Origin: the human T2T-CHM13v2.0 reference genome, Homo sapiens
Length of the DNA stretch: 64,000 bases
Assembly (NCBI RefSeq): GCF_009914755.1
Contig: NC_060934.1
Direction: 5' to 3' (one strand)
The notes below the pieces were generated by a model. The model saw only the letters and a program-made list of their open reading frames with translations, was not told the DNA's origin and ran no database searches. Each line of letters starts with the position of its first letter. Within the stretch, counting starts at the first letter, position 1. A program made the translations under genes and the position numbers. Shown here in pieces: positions 52,001-64,000 of this stretch.

Positions 52001-55000
52001 TTTAACTTCCCTGAAGCAAAAATTTGATTAAAAACTCAGGTGATTACATAAAATTATATGAACTCTCACATTTGTTATACTTAAAAACAAAGAACCTTAA
52101 CTTCCTAAATGGCTAATAAATATTTCCCTGCAGGTCAGTCAGTGCTGAATATATACCCATCTTTAGTTCCTGAGAGTGAAACAGTATAAGGATGTTGGAA
52201 TAATGCTTTGCTACACATCAAAGCTATTATACTTCTAGAGGCAACAGCTTTTGCTCTCAGTTCAGTATCACTCAGGGCTGTCAAAGTTTCTACATTCCTC
52301 ATGCTACTGTCTTGGAGTTTTTTCAAAAGCTACTGCTTATCCTAGTACTTTTCCTAGAACTCCAACAATGATGTTTATCTCAAAATTATTTCTTCTTCAG
52401 AAAAAATTGGCATAGAATTCTGAGAATTTTCAAAATTTCTCCTTGAGCCATGTATTTTGGATTGAAAACTCTGTTAGAATTCTTTGAGAGCCTGGATAGT
52501 CCTTTAAAAAGGTTATCTGTAGTAGTAACATTTAGAATTGAAGCATGAATAAAATATCTTTGTGTCTGTGGTTAAATTAGGCTACCTATGTTTTTCTTTA
52601 CCTAAGGAATAGTAAAAGGTATTGTTTTTTAATAAAACAAATCATTTGTAGATCCCCAAATTTATAAAAACAATGTCCTTTTTAATTGTACACATCAGAT
52701 AGTGTCTGAGCTTGTATATACTTTACATTTCTGTCCTCAGTCCTGAACACAGTCTAACACAAAGAGGGCAGGTACTTCCTTAAAGAATGTGGCTATTTTC
52801 ACAGCTATAAGCCCAATGCAAGCACAGCATCTGCTCCAGACAGGGATGAGTGAACCCAGCCAGACTTGGGGTTTGGAGGAGGTCAGAATCTATTCTACTG
52901 ATGTTTCTGTCATGTTTATTAAATTGCATTTTTTTCCCAAATGCAATTACACTTTTAGGAAATATTGCAATTATTTTAAAGAGAGGACATTTTTGTACTT
53001 CCGGTGGACTTAAACTAATAAAACCTGCTTTTTGTTTAATCATTATCAGCACCCTAGGTATATGCTTTGAGCTCTCCTGCTATGGGTCTCAAGTCCTGCT
53101 TCTTAGCAACAGTAAGGACCCTCTACTCGTTTGTTTTTAGCCATAAGAAGAGATTTGACTTGGGTTAGCATTTTCAGGTAGGAGGAGGCTCCAGTTTCTG
53201 AGAACTGAGCTCCCCATCCTATTTTAATACCACCTTTGAGAAGACGTATTTGAGAAATCACATCAGACATTAGGGAAATGATGAGGCAGAGCTTCTGTCT
53301 GTCGGCAGTGGGAAACAAGAATCAAAGACTTCATCTCAAATAAATGGAGCAGCACAGATTAATTAAATCGATAAATTCTCCAAAGCACATCCTGGTTAAG
53401 GGGTTTAAAGGAATTCTTTCCATTATGTGCAAATCACCTGAAGGTGTTGAGCTATCATTTGGGCATAAGATTCACTCCATCTATTAGAGGCCCTAGAGAA
53501 GTGGGTTTACAAATAGATTCTGAGCAATGTTCATTTTATTTATGATCCAAATGGCAAAACAACAGCCACAGAGAGAAACCTGGATCTGTTTTGCAAATGA
53601 GTGATCTGTTGCTGGCACCGTTAAAAAGACGTGCAGTGATGAACGTGGCCAGATTTGAGTTAGAGATCCGTAGGAGTGAGACGGTACTTAACACCAAAAA
53701 TAATAACTGCCCCCTTTCACCTTTGCATCCCCACTGCTGGGTTTCTCTTTCTGATCCGTGGGAGATTTTGCTTGTACACAGTGTGGCCCTCTTCCGCGTG
53801 AGGCTTCAGCTGGTGTGACCATTTGCATCAGAACTGAATTAGCTGTTTAGTTACACAAACACGAGGGTCCTAGTTGCCCTCTGCCTTGGAAGCAGCTCAA
53901 CGAAGCCACCTGAATGCCACAATTTTAAGTGTACACAGCTGAAAAAACTTTCAAAAATTTCACCTCTTAGAGAGTTGAAATAAATTTCCTTAAAATCTAA
54001 GTCACCTGAGCATTTATATCATATTTCTCTTCGAACTTAAGCACACATGTTACTCTTCTTTTTTTATAGGAATGCATGATTTATTGGACACTATTTCTTA
54101 AGTATAAAATCCCCTCCTTAATATAAATATGGAATTTAGATGATCTGTTCTGCTATGTTTTCAGATTAAAAAACTGAACGTTAACTATTGATCATTTTTG
54201 TAATTTAAAACAGATGATACTAAATTCCAATATATATGTATTTTATAACCCAAAGAGGACTTACCAGACATTTTCCTGCCAGAAACTAGATACTAACTGT
54301 ATTCATTCACCATCAATAAAATAATACAATGTAATTATTTTGCTGCTCTTCCTACTCAATACCTATGACTAGAATAAAAGGTGATTAAATATCCACAGTG
54401 CATATGGAGGGCCTGGGAAATTCAGATTAACTCTTTATTTCCAAATATAGATCGTTCTTCAGAAAAGTCTGCTATCTTTGCAAATGACCAAATTTTAGGG
54501 GCTGGAGGGAGATTGTGGATCTCTTGAAAAGCAAACATGTCAGTTTCTAAGTTGCTAATATTTGGATGTGGTTTCCGGGAAAATGGATTCACTCATAAAC
54601 TTGCAGATGGAGATTCAGGGCCTACGAGCCCTGTTTGCTAGGGCGTTGCTTAAACAATGTCAGGCAAGCAATCAGATAAAATAGCCCCGTCCTCCATTCC
54701 TTTTAAATCAAATAAACGAGTAAATAAAAGCCCAATTTTAATTGCTGAACAGGGATGTCTTGATACTAAGACAGTAACATATGCAAGCAGAGAGGAGTTC
54801 TGGCTCCAAGGTCCTAAATTTCTCAATGTTCCCTTCCCTTCCTGTTTTCTAAAGTCTCACCAGAGCACGTTAGCTGTCCCTGTGAACCAAAAATTTTATA
54901 AGCATTGTTTCTTCTCTTTTTGAATGTAATGTCTCTATTTGATATTGGTATGTTCTTAATTGAGTTATATCAAAAGCTAGGAATAAACAATCGCCTTTGA

Positions 55001-55559
55001 AAAATCAAGTATTAAGCAGCCTCTGTTTCTCTGAGTGGAGAAAAAACTTTTAATTGTACAGATAGAGGTTAATTTAGTTTCATTCTATTTGCAAATACTT
55101 AACAACACGAATCAGGTTCTCGGCCACACACCAGGCAGAGTGCAGCCCCTGCTGCTTTTCTTGAGCTATCCTAACCACAGAGACGGCATCAACACACAGT
55201 AGTTTGAATATTCTGTGAAGGGCAGCCAGGCTTTTCATAGTTCACTTGGCATTCATTCACCTTTATTCGTATATTCGGTTTCAAAATGGCAATAAGCACT
55301 TATAAAGTCTTGCTTACAATGTGGAAAATTATCCTTTTAGAAATCTTGTGAGCTAGTAATTAAGAACCAAATTTAAAACTGCAATATCTGTTTTGATATA
55401 ATATTTTTAAATGATGAGAAACAGAGTATTACAATAATTTTGGTTTTAGGAGTTGTTCAAAATTGTTCATATTGCAAAAATACTGACATTCATTTTCTAC
55501 TATTTTGGAAAAAGAAGTAGGGGGTATAAAAATTGCTCAAATGTTTCAGCTGCTTTTAC

Positions 55560-55650
55560 CGTGTATATACATATACATACATACATAGTAATATACATGT
55601 ATATATATAATATGTATGTGTGTATATATATCATACTATAGAGATGTATA
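55560..55650. repeat. (TA/CATA)n low-complexity microsatellite
   Basis: TATATACATATACATACATACATAG...TATATATAT. Confidence 0.75.
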
Positions 55651-58600
55651 GTTTTAAAATTGAACATTAAATGCTTTTAGGGCATAAGTTATCTTTTCAT
55701 GCCTCAAAAAAAAAAAAAAAACAATTTCCTTTTCTATGTTTCCTTACGTAATGCGCTTCTGAGGTGGTTCTTCTGCAGGAACCGAGTCACCCCTGTTTAG
55801 ATATGGATACACGAATCCCATATTTTTATTCTACATTCAAACTCGCACGTCATATCTAATGCCCTTGAAGCAATCTCCAATTACTGTTATTACATGGGTC
55901 ACTAGAAACCAGAGGCACTGATACAAAATTTTTAAAAAGAGAAAGGGGGAGAAAAAGCACCACACAATTAGGTGCTGGTTAACGGTTGAATCAATTTGAT
56001 TTTATCAGTAAATCCAGCCCTTCCTCTTGAGCTGTCAGTGAGCGAGATAAGCGGAGGATGTGGGGCTCCGGCCGGCGGTGCAGGACTGTGTCCCTGGCCA
56101 GCCAGGGTGACACCGGCGGGGACGACTGTAGCATTGCAGGGGCTGCGGAGCCCACGGCCGCTCTGCCCTCATCCTCAGCACAATCTTTCTATTTCATTAA
56201 TTTTTCATGGATTTTCATTTCACAGCAAGCCGGCGTCTGCCATCCATCTGCTCGACTTATTTTGTTCCTTTTGCCAACTTTTTATTTGCATTTCACAACA
56301 TTCAGCAACCTGCCCGTTCTCCACACCTTCCCATGAGTCATGGCTTTACTTTTATAGAGCTACCTCGTGCTCAAAATGTATTTTCAAGTTTCTAAAACTC
56401 TGTATAACCAACCACTCTAGAACAATACCTAAATTTCAAGATAACTTATTTTGCTGTCAAATGCCTCAAAGAGGTGTCCTGTGCCAAAGCTCAAATGCAA
56501 CCCGACCGGCCCCGGATGATTGCGGATCCTGCATGGCCAGTCACCCCTGAAGCCCCTTCCCCTTTCCACTCTGTGAAGATTGACACGCCGCTTCTAAAAC
56601 CCCAGCCTCCAATGTACCTTGTGGAATCAGCTGATTTTGGATTGGCCCTCAATCTATTTCCAAATATGTTTGCCTTGAAACAGCCTTTTTCAAAGAAAAA
56701 TTCTGGAAACTTCAGTCATTTTACACATTGTACACAGTAATGGGTAGAATATTAAAAATATTTCATTTGCAAAATGCCTTTCATGCCAATGCATAGCTTC
56801 TTTTAGAAAAAAAATACATTCACAAAAGAGAGAAAAACAGATAGACAAAGCAGAATATATCCACTGTTTTAATAACTAAAAACATTTAAGAAATTCCTCA
56901 TACATATTACCCTGAAGTTATTCCAGGGTTCAGAGAATTATTGGCATATTTTAAAGTGATTTATTTTTATATACTCTACTGTTTTGTTGAGTTCTGCCTC
57001 TTAATCTACCTGGTTGAACGGATATTAACAAAAAAAACCCTTTTTCTTTATTATTTTTTGGTTAAAGTGTATCCTTTTTTAATACGTACACATTGAGCTA
57101 TTTTTTAATACAGGCAGATATTACTCTATATAACCACATAATATGGATTTTGTTGTACATAATTACCAAGAACTATAAAATAAAGTGCAATCTCCTGGTA
57201 CTGTGTGAGAAATGAACTCCAGGGGTATTTAGTGATGGCAGGTAACAGTCTCCATAACCTCCAAGTGCTACTATTTTCCGAACGCCTCTGAGTGAGGCAG
57301 GCGCGGGACACACTGACGTGTCTGGCATGTGTCATGGGATATGAACGTTGCTTGCCGCGATGTAAAAATGAGAGAGATTTTCCCTGTCCTTCTCATAGTT
57401 TTTTTTTTTCAGCAGCTTGTTTTTCTCTTATATGAGAGTCAAATTTTGGCATTTTTCATTTACATAAAAAATTTAAACCATTTATGAATAATTTCTAAAA
57501 GAAAGTCCCTGCTGAAAAATAACACAGAAAACACAAAATTGTACAACACTAGGTCCCAGTAAAATAACAGAAGTAGGATTGATGTGTGGGGAGACATATT
57601 CTGAGAACCTTCTTTAAAGTTTATTTGAGAGAGAAATACAGGTTCCTGCCAAATAATACCTGAAAGTCATATTCTGTGACGAAGGTGTTTTTTTTTTTTT
57701 TTTTTTTAAAGATACATACAGCTGCCTTTGTGGCATAGTAACTAAAATATAACTTCTACAGAAAAAAATATCATTTCCAAGACTATGGATTATACTTAAT
57801 GAAAGTATTGTGTCCTGACCACCCTTCAGTGGTAGCCCCGGCATGCTTTATTTCAGAGCTCACAGATCATTTTGATAAGAAGCATATCATGCCAAAGTCA
57901 CTCTCAGAGTCACACATAGAAAAGGAGCCAGATGTCACCACACTGGGAAATTAAAGTTATCATGCATCTTCAAAAATGATTCTTGTCCCTTAGACTAGGT
58001 AGAAATACGCATCTGACAGGCAACAGGGTCAGCATGTATCTTAATTGTCTTTATTCCCCCATAAGAACAGCCCTTACCTTGTGCTTCTGTCAGTGTCTTC
58101 AGTTAGCACCTAATAGAGCCACACTAAATTCCTTAACAGTCTCTCATACACACGTGGATTTTAAATTGTGGCAAGTATAGAGTTTTAATATCAGATAAGC
58201 TTAAAATTGAGGTTATTCTATTCATTTATGGTTGTTAAGATTCATGACAATTAGAACATAATTTAAACTCACCATTGTTTTTATAAAATAAAAAATATCA
58301 GCATCTGTAATAACTAGGTATCATAGATGAAGTAATCAATTCCCAGGAAAATGCAAATAATTATTTAATGTGTCTCTTAGCTGGTTACTTTACCTTTTAA
58401 TTTGATCAGTTACATCTACATGGTTAACGTTTCCCCAAAAATTGAATCTTTAGCCGTTTGATTTGACTTTCCTATCAAGATAGCTGCCGGCAGGTGCCCT
58501 GGGAAATTCTCCCGCACGCCAGAAATCTCTTCGTAACAGAAATCAGTGTACAAAACCTGAATGCCCTTTCCCGCTTCAATTTTTGGCTATGAAAATTAAG

Positions 58601-60441
58601 GGACTTGACATATTCAAAATAACCAAGGTATGGAAATATTTGCTATAGGAGTTTTATTTTGAATTGCTAAAGTTAAGTTTATAGCAAATGAAGTCTTTCC
58701 CCAGATTTCCTTTTTCCCCCTAAATTGAATACTTTCTAAGCTAGCATGACTGACGCTTCCTGGCAAGGCAAGTGAATTTGGAGAAAGGCAACACTTTCCT
58801 CCTGTTTATATTTATAAAATGCATTATTGCGAACTATTACTCCACATTCTTCAACTCTAAATATTTAAATAGACTAATCAAAAAATATTGGGAAATGTGA
58901 ACATTTCAAGTGTAAAGATGATGCTTCCTTTTTCCTCTTTTAAAAGTCATATTCATTATTCAATCCGGTGACTTTCTCAATATCAATGCCACTTTGTGTT
59001 GGCATTATCTTTGGAGGACACTAACAGGTCTGTTTCAAAATGATAATTTCAAACAACAAAGTGAATCGCAAGCGCACACTTAGCAGCTGAGAGGTAAATG
59101 AGAACCACAACATCACCTCCCTTCTGAAACCAAAGGCTCCAAAACCTTTTGAGGAAGTTGTGGGGGCCAATCCCTCCCAGTGGTCCTGACGTTCGGTCAT
59201 AATGAATGACTGTTTGCTATTGACATTTATGCCTGCTGACTGTCTGGATAATTTCTATTATTGGAAGAGGCAATAAAGGACCTGGTGACGGTTCGAGGGC
59301 ACACAGGAAACGGTCTGGTAGAAACTTATCTTAGGCCAATGCAAAGATGAAAATTCTTCAGGAAAGATGGACAACCCCAAACACACCTAACGTTGCCTCC
59401 TGCTTTCAAACAACTGGCAAAGCTGATCAATTCTAGCTGTGTTTTTCCAACCGTTCTTTATACTTCTACCTCACTTAAAAAAAATCAGCACATTTCAAAT
59501 CATGATTAGAACTGAACTTTCTCCTGCAGGCTCACTAGGAACTGACAATAACACAGGTTCCTCTAGGAGAGAAGGGTCGGCATGAGAAGAATCTTTTAAT
59601 TCTTCCTGGCATGCACACAGGCTACGATGGCACTGGGGGCATTGCTCTCATATTGGAGCGATTGCTAATTTTGCAAAATCCCCAGTGTGAAAGCCCTCCC
59701 TTGCTGTAGCATTGACTAACTTCAGCGCGGCCCAGCCCCAGGAATATCAGTAACAAGGCACAGCTGAGTTTGTCAGTGGCCGCTGTCAGCCGGCTGCTTT
59801 TCCTGCTTTCCTGGTTTGCGGTTTTTTTCTACCACTAACAAAATATGATGCTTCTTTCTGTTTTCCTGTATTCATTTCTGCTTATTTCTCCAAGGACGAG
59901 CCCTGTGTTCTCTTTACGACCCAATGTTTACAAATCGACGGGCACCACATTGAGTAAAAACTGCCAGCCAATTTGGAGAGGCGATCGCAGGGCTTCGCCT
60001 ATCCCTTCCTCCGGGACAGTTTGGATGGGAGTAGCTGGCGCGAGGGCTCGTTCCCCCGTTTTTGGGTAATTCCTTTGGCACTGGGAGACGAGATGGCCTC
60101 CGGAGGGTGGAAGGCAGTGCCAGCCCGGCCGGCCACTGGGGACTGCGGGGCCCGGAGACGCGCGGGGTCCCCGGGGAGCTCCTCGCCGCCCTCGCCCCAC
60201 TTCGTCCGGGTCCCTCAAACATGTCGCAGCGTGGCTGCTCACTGTCCCCTCTGGGCAAGAGGAGGCCCCAGACATTTCCACGGGATCTGAACTCCCGAGC
60301 GCCCTGCACGGAGCAGCCATCCCGCCAGCACCCCAAAGTGAAGCTGCTCACAACGGACAAGCCCGGAGACCCCATGAGAGGCCGGGGTGGAGAAGCCGGG
60401 GGTGAAGGGGGGCAGGGGCCGGCGCGCCACGCGGTCCTTAC

Positions 60442-60541
60442 CTTTCCGCTTGGACCTCCGCCTCCTCCTCCTCTTGGACTTGCATTTGAGTTGACTGCTC
60501 AGCCCTCCAGACCCTCTGCCGCTCCCCAGGACCGAGGCCAT
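60442..60541 (-). CDS. ADARB2: ADARB2 (ADAR3) coding part of exon 1, N-terminal Arg-rich R-domain
   Basis: The minus strand reads GCC ATG G (strong Kozak), then [33 protein letters not shown], which I recognise as the ADAR3 N-terminus. That is 33 codons plus 1 nt (phase 1), followed by the donor AAG|GTAAGG (GT at 60441-60440). Confidence 0.96.
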
Positions 60542-60915
60542 GGCCAAGACCCAGGCGCGGAGCCCAGAGCCGCCTCCCTCCTGCACCTGCACCTGCCTCC
60601 TTCCCGGCAGCCGCCGCCGCCGCTGCTGCGAAGCTTGAGGTTGCAAACCCGGGAGCGGCTCACTTTTCAGGACTGAGCAGGAAAGCGCGCTCCGTCTCTC
60701 TGTCTCTCGAATTGTTCTCTATGACTTGCTCCCACTGGGCTGGGGGCCTCGGCTGGGCGCCTGGAGCGAGCTGCTCCCTGGTCAGGGAGGGCGGGGAAGG
60801 GCGCGCGGCGTCCTGAGTGCTCCGAGCTTCCCGCGGGCTCTGCCTCCTGCTCTGGGCTCCCAGCGCAGGGAGGCTACTTTTGCGCCTCTGCTAGTTGTTT
60901 GGCACCAGCCACTTT
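60542..60915 (-). other. ADARB2: ADARB2 exon 1 5' UTR (upper boundary/TSS approximate)
   Basis: GC-rich stretch with no upstream ATG on the minus strand, lying between the start codon and the CCAAT boxes. The TSS is inferred, not directly visible. Confidence 0.7.
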
Positions 60916-60917
60916 GA

Positions 60918-61001
60918 AGCCAATCACGCAGGGAGCTTGTCTATTTGCTGCAGCAGCGTCTAATTAGATCCAATCACAACTGCTTTCTGGCTCTGACATC
61001 A
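60918..61001. promoter_or_regulatory. Core promoter module: two CCAATCAC boxes, TCTAATTAGA palindrome, CRE-like TGACATCA
   Basis: CCAAT at 60920 and 60970, palindrome at 60959-60968, TGACATCA at 60994-61001. Confidence 0.6.
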
Positions 61002-62084
61002 GCAGCAGCACCAGCCGCACCGCCGCCTGGCCGCTTGCAAACTCAGCTCCCGTTTGGACGGTGAAGCTCCCAGGACCGGCGGCTGGAGGGAGGCTGCTCC
61101 CGGGGAACAAGGACGCGGCGCGGGTGCGTCTGGGAGAGACCGGGGGAGCCTCCAGGAGGGACCCTGCCCGGGAGGACGAGGCCTCCTGCCGCAGCCTCGC
61201 GGACAGCTCAGCTCGCCCTGCTCAGAAAGACACAGGGACGGGTTTTTCCAACCAACAGTTTTTAACTAGTCAATTCATTACCATGCTCCTTGTGTCAAGG
61301 GGGGGAAATACCTCTTTCAGAAATGCAGAGACCGCACTTCCTCAGAAACGGACTGAGGTTTGCAATTCCCCAGGAGACAGCGTCCTGAGGGGCATTTATT
61401 CCTCAGAGCCTGCATGCTTGTCTGTTTGCCTCTTCTTTCCCCTCTTCATATTCCTTGGCCGTTTCCAATGCAAAAGATAAATCTTGCATAAAGACAGAGG
61501 TTTTGGGATCTGAGTCTGATTTTTGCCATCAGGAATTTCATGTGTTGCTTTATTTAGGGAACAATGACACAAAAGGAAGAGAAAGCTCTCAGCGGAGAGT
61601 TTTGTTGCCAAATGTAATATTTGGATGGAAGAAAGTAACATTTACAAAGAGGTGGATTGCACACTGAAAAAATTTTAAGCAATTTTTTTTCCAGGAATGT
61701 CCTATGTTTCAAGATTATACTTATGGAACCCTGGAAGTCTTATGTAAAATATAAAGAGGAATAGAATCTGGTAATCATCATTGCATCTTGTATTTAAATC
61801 ACATAAGCTTTTAATTACAATAGTCATGTTTTTAAAAAAATCCACTCTAAAATTCATTAGCACACATTAACATGTTGATATAAAAATGGCACACAAATAT
61901 TTCTGCTATTCATTGCCTCACATGCAACCTTTTCAGCTGCTTATGTGCCTAGAAATTTCCAGATAATTTTTATCATAAGAAAAAAGAATCACTCTGGGGG
62001 ACATTGGAAATAATTAGGATGATCCTGTGTTGTTATGTGCTGAGCTGATAGATCGTAGCTCAGTTTTCATTGATGAGAGAGAGT

Positions 62085-62195
62085 AAGACATTTGATTTCA
62101 AATCTTAACTCTACTGCTATGACCTCGGGTAAGTTAAACGGTGCCTCAGTTTCCTCATCTGTAAACTGGGGATAACAACGTCACCCACCTCATAA
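62085..62195 (+). mobile_element. MIR fragment
   Basis: TGACCTCGGGTAAGTT...GTGCCTCAGTTTCCTCATCTGTAAACTGGGGATAACAA. Confidence 0.78.
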
Positions 62196-64000
62196 GTTCA
62201 TTCATACTCGTTGAATCAGTATCAACCAGTATAGACAGGAACTGGAACATGTTAATTACTCTATGATTATTTATTAAATTTTTTCCAGCAAATAATTTGG
62301 AAGGAATGAGCGTATGTTGCAGACAAGCCTCAGAAAGACAGGGCTTCTGCGTTTTCCTTTTAGAATGTTGAACCTTCTAGTCCAACTCAGACTGAGGACC
62401 ACAATCAAACCAACATCCCTCTTCAGGGCTGGCTTCAACAACCCTGTTCCCATGACAGCACAGCTCAGCTCTGCTGATAATTCCCAGCGAGGGTTGAGAA
62501 GGCACATAGCTCTCTCACTTCCTCTCTGCAATACCCGAGATATTTGAGTGCTTAAACTATATCGAGAAACACAGCTCTAGGACTCTGCCTGTGAAACTTC
62601 TGAGCTTCACACAATGTGCTGCACTAATCCAGAGTTGCCCTATTTCTGTATCTGCAGAAAACCCATCAGGGGGTGGAGTCACCGAAGGAAGGTGCTTCAG
62701 AAGAGCTTCACACACACACACAGCCCCCACAAGGTGGTCAGCATTTATTAATGGCCCCAATAGCTCCATCATCACACGGAGCAACCGTGCTGTCTGGGAG
62801 ACTCGTATACATGAACCCTTGTTTCACTCCAAGGGCAGGTATGGTGGCCGGAAAGTAACGTGTCTGTTAAATGTTCTTCTGATGTTGGTGGAGTGGGGAA
62901 ACAAAACTGAAAACTGTCTTTGAACACTTCATTTAGACCCTAATTTGAAAGTTACGATCGAAATTTTGGCAAACCTTTTTCTTGAAGTTCCTCCAATTGG
63001 TTCTTTTTTGTATAATTTATGAAAATGCTGTTTTCACAGATACTTGCTGTTTTCTGTATTTTATTTATTTTGCATAAGACGATGCATAATAGATGATGCT
63101 AGGGCGACGGCTAGGCGAGAAAGCCTTTGTTTCTCATCACAGAGGGGCTTTAAAGAAGAGGCTCGCAGCGACAAGTGCGTTAACTCCAGCGTGGTTTCCA
63201 GCACGTCTCACTCTGCTGTTGCAAGCAGGGCTGCGAGTGAGCAGTGCTGGTAAGCTGCCATTCCCCGATGAGCCTCCTCACCTCCTGCCTGTTTCCCACA
63301 GTGCCTCAGCGCAGCTTTGCAACGTGGTGGGATGAGCAGCAGTTGGAAGAGGCTTCAGGAGCAGGAGCCAATCTCGCCCGGTGCCCATCAGGAGATGTCG
63401 CTGTGGTGTCCCCAGCTACTTCATGCTCAGTCCCTGCTCTTCCCACAAAACAAAGCACCAGCAGAGAGGTTGCAAGGAGGAACAGGCAGCTACAAAGCCA
63501 ACTGCAGCCCGGCATGAACCTATAGGGGTCGGGGGGAGACGGGTGAGGCATAGAAAGGAGCCCTTGGCTGGATAGAAGGGGCAGTGCTGCCTCCACAGTG
63601 AGTCCCCACACCCAAATGGCATGTGTGTGCCAGGAGGAAGAGTTTTCTCAATCAAGGCCAGAAAGGGTCCTCTTGTTGGAGTTGCTTAAAGCTCCCCCAA
63701 CTCACTGTTGCTCTCATCAGTCCTACAATGTTACAGGTCTCCTGTGTGATATTTTGCTTGTTTCTTCAATGTCTGTCTCTCCATAGATCACAAGCACCAC
63801 AGGAGGCAAAACCACGTCTCTCTGTGGCTTTGCGGCTGTGCGGGCACTGACCTGGGACACAAGTGTCCTTGCAGGGCAGAGGCTGATATTTACCACTGGG
63901 GCAGTGCTTGCTCTGCTCAAGGTATGGTTCTGAGCTTAAATGTTATAGTGACTCTCAGTTAATGCACAAGACCTCGATGGCGGCAGGACTGAAACAATAT

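Larger units (their letters stand above)
59980..61230. promoter_or_regulatory. CpG island / ADARB2 promoter
   Basis: Sharp rise in GC and CpG (many CGCG and GCGC) spanning exon 1. GC box GGGCGGGG at 60789-60796. Confidence 0.88.

Noticed and set aside
60239-60441. Continuation of the ADARB2 ORF past exon 1
   Set aside because: Read-through into the GC-rich intron beyond a strong GTAAGG donor.
59914-60676. GC-rich ORFs (204, 153, 130 and 105 aa) around exon 1
   Set aside because: Expected from stop-codon scarcity in a CpG island; no recognisable domain.
61190-61210. RE1-like CGCAGCCTCGCGGACAGCTCA near the promoter (also CTCAGCACCGCGGCCCC at 30611)
   Set aside because: Only one half-site is intact in each (3 and 2 mismatches to the 17-mer pattern); too weak without ChIP data.

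Overview
Primate (very probably human) genomic DNA covering the 5' end of ADARB2 (ADAR3, the catalytically inactive, brain-restricted ADAR), transcribed on the minus strand. Exon 1 carries 100 coding nt (60541->60442; [33 protein letters not shown], the Arg-rich R-domain) and ends at a GTAAGG donor. It sits in a CpG island with twin CCAAT boxes (about 60.0-61.2 kb). Positions 1-60441 are the proximal part of the very long intron 1; about 61-64 kb is upstream flank. The intron holds five Alus and one free Alu monomer, L1 fragments, LTRs (MLT1, an ERV1-type solo LTR), hAT DNA transposons (MER30, MER1A), MIR/L2 relics and at least 10 unrelated tandem-repeat arrays. Almost all other ORFs in the track are repeat artefacts or chance. 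I found no new protein-coding system. The best leads are regulatory or RNA-level: (1) all Alus share one orientation, so there is no inverted-Alu dsRNA in 60 kb of an ADAR gene intron; (2) a 12x UGCAUG (RBFOX) cluster; (3) tandem repeats that amplify TF motifs (MRE+ARE, ETS, CCAAT, NR5A/ERR); (4) a near-consensus RE1; (5) an open in-frame 5' extension with a second Arg tract; (6) loss of polyA signals in sense-oriented elements. Repeat subfamily names come from recalled consensus sequences, not from a database search.
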